A program made the position numbers and the translations under genes. From positions 1 to 44,565 of the forward strand of contig CAZSKP010000036.1 of NCBI GenBank assembly GCA_964607485.1: a stretch of 44,565 nt of DNA. The letters run 5' to 3'. Each line of letters begins with the position of its first letter. Position 1 is the first letter of the stretch. Below the pieces are notes generated by a model, which saw only the letters and a program-made list of their open reading frames with translations, made no database searches and was not told the origin of the DNA. Shown here piece after piece: positions 37,107 to 44,565 of this stretch. Source of the DNA: an uncultured bacterium (GTDB taxonomy: Bacteria > Abyssobacteria > SURF-5).

Positions 37107-37155
37107 TTGACAAGCGTGAAGGGGTTTTGGTATAATTTAGTTTGAAAGTCAAAGT
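37107..37155 (+). promoter_or_regulatory. marR promoter with adjacent inverted-repeat operator
   Basis: TTGACA-N18-TATAAT then AGTTTGA-AAG-TCAAAGT. Confidence 0.7.
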
Positions 37156-37198
37156 ATCTCTAACGCGTCTCTCACGCCAGTTTTGGACGATCCCAGCC

Positions 37199-37633
37199 AT
37201 GCCAAAGGAAGCGAAAGAGGTCATCCGTGAGTACCTGATGCAGGCCGCAGAAAACCTGCCTCTGTTCGAACGGTTCAGCCTCCGCTCAGGCGCGCTCAAG
37301 GGCCTCACCGTTCAGGAAGCGCACACAATCGCGTTGATCGGGAAGCTGGGTTCTCCCAGGATGTCGGAGCTTGCCCGTCGCGGGCACGTTACGTTCGGGA
37401 CGATGACCGTCATGGTCAGCAAGCTCGTGAAGAAAGGATACGTCAGGAGGATGCGCGACGACCGCGACCGGCGCGTCGTGCGGGTGACACTGACTGGCCG
37501 TGGCCGAAAAGTGGACAGGGCCCACGAGAAGCATCACGAACAGATGATCGATATGCTGATGGGAGTGCTGACGAAAGCGGAACAGGAGCAGATAGCCAGG
37601 CTCATCCAGAAAGTCGTAACTTCTCTCGGCTGA
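37199..37633 (+). CDS. MarR family transcriptional regulator
   Basis: LTVQEAH, MSELAR, T.T.MVSKLVKKGYVRR..D.RDRRVV.V.LT..G. Confidence 0.93.
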   Translation: MPKEAKEVIREYLMQAAENLPLFERFSLRSGALKGLTVQEAHTIALIGKLGSPRMSELARRGHVTFGTMTVMVSKLVKKGYVRRMRDDRDRRVVRVTLTGRGRKVDRAHEKHHEQMIDMLMGVLTKAEQEQIARLIQKVVTSLG

Positions 37634-37814
37634 TGTCGGCAAAAAAATTTGCAAACATTATTTGATATTCCAACAGTTTGATTCACAAATTATATCGGTT
37701 CCACGGCCGCCGTGCGTTCCACGGCCGTGTATCGCCTGCCGTTGGTAATTGCGAGAGACTGAACATGTGCCCACGGCTCCATCTTTTCAGGCAAACAGAC
37801 TTGGAGGTCAACAT

Positions 37815-38450
37815 ATGGCGGCGAAATCCAAAGGCTTTGCGATCACCGGCATTTCCTCGAGGTTCTATGACCGATTCAACAGAATGGGCGGTTTCGGTGC
37901 GGCGTTTCGGGAGCGAATCGTCGATGCGGCGTCGCTCAGGTCCGGCGAAAGCGTTCTCGACTGCGGGTGCGGCACGGGCACGCTGGCTCTTATCGCCAAA
38001 CGCCGGGTCGGCCCCGGAGGAAGCGTGCACGGCATTGACATTTCGAAAGATATGCTCGAGAGGGCGAAAAAGAAAACGCGTCAGGAAGGCCTCGATATTA
38101 CTTTCCATGAGGGTTCAATTGATGAACTGCCCTTCCCGGATGCGAGCTTCGATGCGATATTCAGCACCCTGATGCTTCATCACGTACCCAAGGAAGTCAA
38201 GCTCGGCGCGTTTCGAGAGATGCGGCGGGTACTCAAGCCGGGCGGCAGGATTGTGATAGCCGACTTTGGCCCTCCGAAGCGCTGGTGGGGTTGGCTTCTG
38301 TCGGCGCCGCTTATGCTGATGTTCCTCGCAACATCGGCGACCCGCGACAACCTGTTCAATCGCCTGCCCGAACTGATGTCCGAGGCCGGCCTGCGTGTCA
38401 GCGAGCATACGATTATCACGATAAGTGTACACCGCATCAAGGCGGTTTGA
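37815..38450 (+). CDS. Class I SAM-dependent methyltransferase (UbiE-like)
   Basis: VLDCGCGTG, GIDIS..ML, LPFPDASFD, RVLKPGG; GGAGG RBS before ATG 37815. Confidence 0.92.
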   Translation: MAAKSKGFAITGISSRFYDRFNRMGGFGAAFRERIVDAASLRSGESVLDCGCGTGTLALIAKRRVGPGGSVHGIDISKDMLERAKKKTRQEGLDITFHEGSIDELPFPDASFDAIFSTLMLHHVPKEVKLGAFREMRRVLKPGGRIVIADFGPPKRWWGWLLSAPLMLMFLATSATRDNLFNRLPELMSEAGLRVSEHTIITISVHRIKAV

Positions 38451-38498
38451 GAGAACGAGTGGGTAAATAGGGAAAGGCGGTGGTCGAGCGCTGGGCGG

Positions 38499-40093
<1,595 letters not shown>

Positions 40094-41098
40094 TCAGATT
40101 TTCACTTCGATGAAAGCATCTTCACGGAGCTTCTTTATCCAATCCTTGTATTTCTTGCTTCGTTCCATCTCGTTGATACGCTCTTCAATGATGGGCTTGG
40201 CTTCTTCGAAACCTATCTTTCTCGACGGCTCTGCCTCCAGCGCCTTCAATATGTGGAACCCATAGCTCGTCTGTATCACCGGGCTGACCTCGCCGGTTTT
40301 CAGGCCGAAAGCGATCTCCTCGAGCTCGGGCAGAATCTCCTTCGGGCTCACCGCGCCGACCACGCCGCCCCTATCCCTGTACGGTCCCTCCGAATATTTC
40401 CCCGCAAGCTCCGAAAAATCGACGCCGTTCTCGATCAGGATGCGCAACTGTTCGGCCTTCTGCCTCAGCCGGTCAACTTCCTCAGGGGTGCTGCCGCTGG
40501 GAATCTTCAGGAATATCTGCGCCAGCGTGACGCTCGGCTCCGTCACAAACTCATCGGGATGGCTGTCATAGTATTCCCGTATCTCGTTATCCATAATGTT
40601 GGTTTCTTCACCCAGCACGCGCCTGATCGTCTCCTGCGCCAACACCTGTTCCGCTACCTGCTCGCGGTATTCCCTGAACGTGATGCCCTTGCTCGCAAGT
40701 GCCTGCAGGAACTCATCTTCCGAAGGGAACCGCTTTTTCACTACCTCAATGCGCGAGTCAACGGTCTTTTCATCGGCGCTGATTCCCCTCTGCTTCGCCA
40801 CCTGCACGATCAGCTTCGTGTCGATGGCCTGTTCGATGACGGTGTCGCGCAGCTCGGATATCTTCTTCTTTAGTTCCTCGCCCGAAAACCGCGCCCTGTA
40901 CTCTTGCATCAGCGGCATCATCGCCTCGTTTATCTCGCTGACGAGTATCGCGTCCTTGTTGACGATGATTGCGATGCCGTCGATAACGCGGGGGAAGGCG
41001 GCTGTCGAAAAGAAAGCGATTGAAACGATTGCGGCGGCAAGGCAGCCCAGCGCTCGCCGGAGTGCAGGACAGAGAGCTTTATATGGCAGGTCTCGCAT
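40094..41098 (-). CDS. SurA-like parvulin peptidyl-prolyl isomerase
   Basis: IDGIAIIVN.D.IL.SE, FSELAGKYSE, GEVSPVI.T.YGFHILK; TTGACG-N17-TATTCT at 41115-41143 supports start 41098. Confidence 0.88.
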   Translation of the reverse strand: MRDLPYKALCPALRRALGCLAAAIVSIAFFSTAAFPRVIDGIAIIVNKDAILVSEINEAMMPLMQEYRARFSGEELKKKISELRDTVIEQAIDTKLIVQVAKQRGISADEKTVDSRIEVVKKRFPSEDEFLQALASKGITFREYREQVAEQVLAQETIRRVLGEETNIMDNEIREYYDSHPDEFVTEPSVTLAQIFLKIPSGSTPEEVDRLRQKAEQLRILIENGVDFSELAGKYSEGPYRDRGGVVGAVSPKEILPELEEIAFGLKTGEVSPVIQTSYGFHILKALEAEPSRKIGFEEAKPIIEERINEMERSKKYKDWIKKLREDAFIEVKI

Positions 41099-41191
41099 GG
41101 GTAACTTATCCAAGAGAATACCACAAAAAGGCGCGAGCGTCAATGCGCCCGGGGCGGTACGGAGGCACTTTCCCGGCCGGCAGGAGCAATC

Positions 41192-42022
41192 TCAGTGCAT
41201 TTCCCAGCCGCCCGTTATGTTGATGGCCTGGCCGGTCATGTATCCGGCGTCATCGGAGCAAAGGAACGCGACGACCCCGGCCACGTCGTCGGGCGTACCG
41301 AACCGGCCCAGCGGGATGTTCTTTACCTTGTCGGTCACAATGTCATCTATGGAGACGCCGGTGGCGTCGGCCATCTTTGCGTGACCCTCGCGCGTGAGGT
41401 CGGTGTCGATGAACCCGGGGCAGACCGCGTTGACGTTGATCTTGAACTGACCCAGCTCGAGCGCCATCGCGCGGGTCAGGCCGATGACCGCCTGCTTCGA
41501 GGCGATATAGGCGGCCAGGTACGGGGCGGGCGTCTTGGCCGTGCGCGAGGAGAGGTTGACGATCCTGCCGCCCTCACCCTGCGCGACCATGCGCTGCGCC
41601 GCCGCCTTCGAGCAGAGGAACGCGCCGGTCGCGTTGATGTTCAGCGTCCGCCGCCAGGCGGTCTCCTCCATCATCAGCACGGGCGCTGAGCCGGGGTTTC
41701 CTCCGGCATTGTTCACGAGGATGTCGATGCGGCCCAGCTCCGCCACCGTCTGCTCCACCATCGCCTCCACTTCCTCGCCCTTCGTGACGTCGCACCTGAG
41801 CGCCAGCGCGCGCACGCCCAGCCGGCGAAGCTCGTCGGCGGTCGCGCTGAGCTGTTCCCACGAGCCCATTCCGTAGCCGGGCGTGTCTTTGTAATCGGCG
41901 CAGATGTCGCTGATGGCGACGTCGGCGCCCTCTTTTGCAAGCCGTCGTGCGATGCCCGCGCCGATTCCGCCCGTTCTTCCGACCCCGGTTATCAAGGCCA
42001 CTTTGTTCTTCAATCCGTTCAT
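41192..42022 (-). CDS. SDR family NAD(P)-dependent oxidoreductase
   Basis: ITG....GIG, LVNNAG, YIASK, VNAVCPG.IDT, TGQAINITGG. Confidence 0.93.
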   Translation of the reverse strand: MNGLKNKVALITGVGRTGGIGAGIARRLAKEGADVAISDICADYKDTPGYGMGSWEQLSATADELRRLGVRALALRCDVTKGEEVEAMVEQTVAELGRIDILVNNAGGNPGSAPVLMMEETAWRRTLNINATGAFLCSKAAAQRMVAQGEGGRIVNLSSRTAKTPAPYLAAYIASKQAVIGLTRAMALELGQFKINVNAVCPGFIDTDLTREGHAKMADATGVSIDDIVTDKVKNIPLGRFGTPDDVAGVVAFLCSDDAGYMTGQAINITGGWEMH

Positions 42023-42228
42023 CCTGTGACTCCTTCGGAAAACCCAATCCGTAACACCGAGCGTGATGCTCTATAATACACGAAAGTCATCAGATATATC
42101 CATCGAGGCACACCGCGTCGAACGTGGACGGCTGACTTGCGTCCCCGCAGGCTCTGTGTTATCATACCGCTGCGGCGCTCCTCCTCAGCCGAAACGGGAC
42201 TGAGCGGCGCACAGACCTGTCCTCGATT

Positions 42229-44565
42229 ATGGAAATCGACGCGATAAGAGAGCGTTTCACCCATCCTCCGGCCGAATTCGGCCCCACGCCGTTCTGGTTC
42301 CTCAACGACGACCTCGACGAAGAACGCCTGTCACGCGCCCTGGAAGAGATGAAATCCAAGGGCATCGCCGGAGTCATAATCCACCCGCGTACCGGGATGG
42401 AGGTGGAATATCTCTCGGATACGTTCTGGGAGAGGCTGCGCTTCATCTGCGAAACGCTCAAGCGGCTTCGGATGCACGGCTGGATTTATGATGAATACAA
42501 CTGGCCCAGCGGCCCCGCCGGGGGCAGGCTGCTCCGCGAACACCCTGAATTCAAGCAGGCCGGGCTCGACTACCGACTCGTCCCCGCTTCGCAGGCGGGG
42601 AAGCTCCTCGAAGGCCTTCCGGGCGAACTGGCCGCCGCCTTCGCGGTGACCAAGGAAGGCATAACCGAAAGGACTGAAGAGCTCAAACGAGGGGATTCCG
42701 GAGCCTTCGGGGCGGGCGAGGCCCTCGTTTTCTTCGTCAAAGAGACGCGCGCGCCCATGTTCGCCACCCGCTGCGCGCCGTGGACGAGGGCCGAGACGGG
42801 CTACCTCGATGTCCTCAATCCCGCCGCTGTGGAAGAGTTCATGCGGCTCACGCACCTCGAGTACGACCGGCGGCTCAAGGACTATTACGGTTCTCCGATT
42901 GTCGGCATATTCACCGACGAGCCTCAAAACTATTCCGCGCTTCCCTTCACTCGCGCCATGCCCGAAGAGTTTCAAAGGCGCTTCGGCCGCCCCTTTCGGG
43001 AGGCGATGCCCAGTCTGGCAGGCCGGTTCGCGGGAATCTCCGTCGAGGACCACATCCGCAACCGCACCAACTATTTCGAGCTTGCGCGCGACATGTATGT
43101 CGAGTCTTTCTTCAAGAAGATTGCCGCATGGGCGTCCGAGCGCGGCCTCATCTTCACCGGCCACCTCGGAGAAGATGACGACATCGGCCGCCTGCCCGCG
43201 ACCAACGTGAGCTTCTACGCGCCCTTGAGCCAGATGCATATGCCGGGCACGGACATCCTGTGCGACAAACACGGTTATGAGAAATTGCACGGCGCGCTGG
43301 TTCACGCCAACTTCAATCCGAAGGCCCTCAGCAGCACCGCTCATCACTGCGGAGCCCAGCGCACGCTGTGCGAGATATGGGGCGGCAACGGCTGGGCGAC
43401 TCCGCCCGAGAGGCTCAAGGCGGTGCTCAACTGGGCCCAGGCCTGCGGGGTGAATTTCGTGAATCCCCATGCGGCGTTCATGTCGCTTCGGGGGCTACGC
43501 AAGCGCGATTTCCCCGCCTCCCACTTTCCGCCGCAGCCGTGGTGGAGGTTCTACGATAAGTTTTCCGACTACATCGCGCGCCTGAGCTTTCTCAATTCGC
43601 TCGGTGTGCACGTTGCGGACGTGCTGTTCGCCTTCCCGATGAAGAGCCTATGGGCCGAGTTCGAACTCAAAGCGGGCCGGAGCGGGCTGGCCGATTTTAT
43701 GGAGGCCGCCTCCGAGACTTTGCTGCGGAACCAGCTCGATTTCGATTACCTTTTCGACGAGGTCCTTGATTCGGGCGCGGTTGGCGTCGAGGAAGGGCGC
43801 ATCACCGTTCGCGAGGAGAACTATTCGCTCCTCGTCGTGCCATTGGCTCCCGTAGTGCCCCGACACCTGCTCGAGCTCGTGGAGCGATTCACTGCGGCGG
43901 GAGGCAGGCTCATCGCCTTCGGTTACGAGATGCCCACGCACGACGAATACGGAGCGGAGGTTTCCAACCGGGTGGAAACTCTCTTCCGCGCGAAGGAACA
44001 GGCGGGAATCGCTTACCGGCAATTGGGCGTGGATGTCCAATCCGACCTCAATTGGCTGGCGAAGAAGGTGAGGGAATGGGTCGAGCCTGATTTGGCCGCC
44101 GCAGGCGCGCTCGCGAGAAACCTGATATACTTGCACCAGAGGACGGAGGGCGCCGATTCCTATTTCGTCGCAAACTTGAGCGAGGAGGAAGGGCAGGCGG
44201 AACTCTCTTTCCGCTGCGCCGGACGGCCGCAGATGTGGGACCCCGAAGACGGTTCGACAACAAACGTCCTGGCCTACAGAAGCGAGCGGGAATCCACTCG
44301 CATCGATGTCCGATTCGGTCCCAACCAGGCTTTCTTCTTCGTGTTCACCGACGACCCCCCTGTGGACCACGTGGATTCCACAAATCTGAACCTCACATCG
44401 GTCACGACCGAATTCGCCGACGGCTACACGAGCGCCCTCGAAGTCAGGCTCAGCCGGGGCGCCAGGCGTTATACGCGCAACGTCGAGCAGGCGCTTCCGC
44501 CAATTTCATTGTCCGAGAGGTGGAAAATCGATTATCCTCTCCGAAACATTATGCTGCTCGACGAG
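42229..44565 (+). CDS. Glycosyl hydrolase family 106-like protein (runs off window)
   Basis: Manual translation PPAEFGPTPFWFLND...IIHPRTG..EYLSD..W...WIYDEYNWPSG.AGG, GIFTDEP, TGH; no stop seen to window end. Confidence 0.82.
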   Translation, partial: MEIDAIRERFTHPPAEFGPTPFWFLNDDLDEERLSRALEEMKSKGIAGVIIHPRTGMEVEYLSDTFWERLRFICETLKRLRMHGWIYDEYNWPSGPAGGRLLREHPEFKQAGLDYRLVPASQAGKLLEGLPGELAAAFAVTKEGITERTEELKRGDSGAFGAGEALVFFVKETRAPMFATRCAPWTRAETGYLDVLNPAAVEEFMRLTHLEYDRRLKDYYGSPIVGIFTDEPQNYSALPFTRAMPEEFQRRFGRPFREAMPSLAGRFAGISVEDHIRNRTNYFELARDMYVESFFKKIAAWASERGLIFTGHLGEDDDIGRLPATNVSFYAPLSQMHMPGTDILCDKHGYEKLHGALVHANFNPKALSSTAHHCGAQRTLCEIWGGNGWATPPERLKAVLNWAQACGVNFVNPHAAFMSLRGLRKRDFPASHFPPQPWWRFYDKFSDYIARLSFLNSLGVHVADVLFAFPMKSLWAEFELKAGRSGLADFMEAASETLLRNQLDFDYLFDEVLDSGAVGVEEGRITVREENYSLLVVPLAPVVPRHLLELVERFTAAGGRLIAFGYEMPTHDEYGAEVSNRVETLFRAKEQAGIAYRQLGVDVQSDLNWLAKKVREWVEPDLAAAGALARNLIYLHQRTEGADSYFVANLSEEEGQAELSFRCAGRPQMWDPEDGSTTNVLAYRSERESTRIDVRFGPNQAFFFVFTDDPPVDHVDSTNLNLTSVTTEFADGYTSALEVRLSRGARRYTRNVEQALPPISLSERWKIDYPLRNIMLLDE

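Overview
GC-rich bacterial chromosomal window; the gene content and a pan RNA motif resemble an anaerobic deltaproteobacteria-like or candidate-phylum organism, but taxonomy cannot be determined here. Housekeeping backbone: hflKC, glnS, gltX, nadA, tsaA, panBCD, folBK, dapL, FAH hydrolase, meaB, eno-ftsB and a SurA-like PPIase. Accessory genes: a TetR unit with two acyltransferase-3 paralogs, a doubly frameshifted B12 radical SAM gene, an AftB-like and a second GT-C-like glycosyltransferase, CreD, a penicillin-acylase-family hydrolase, MarR/methyltransferase, an SDR and a GH106-like hydrolase. No tRNA, rRNA, CRISPR or transposase was seen. The best candidates for undescribed biology are (i) an unannotatable two-gene operon at 31981-33835 whose second protein resembles a P-loop-degenerate ExeA/AAA_22 ATPase, and (ii) a cluster at 3792-7511 with a lipid-plus-TM-anchored coiled-coil protein, a PilZ/Sm-like mini-protein, an orphan GspN-like protein and a stand-alone PilC/GspF N-terminal-like mini-protein. 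All family calls are by-eye motif recognition, not database searches.
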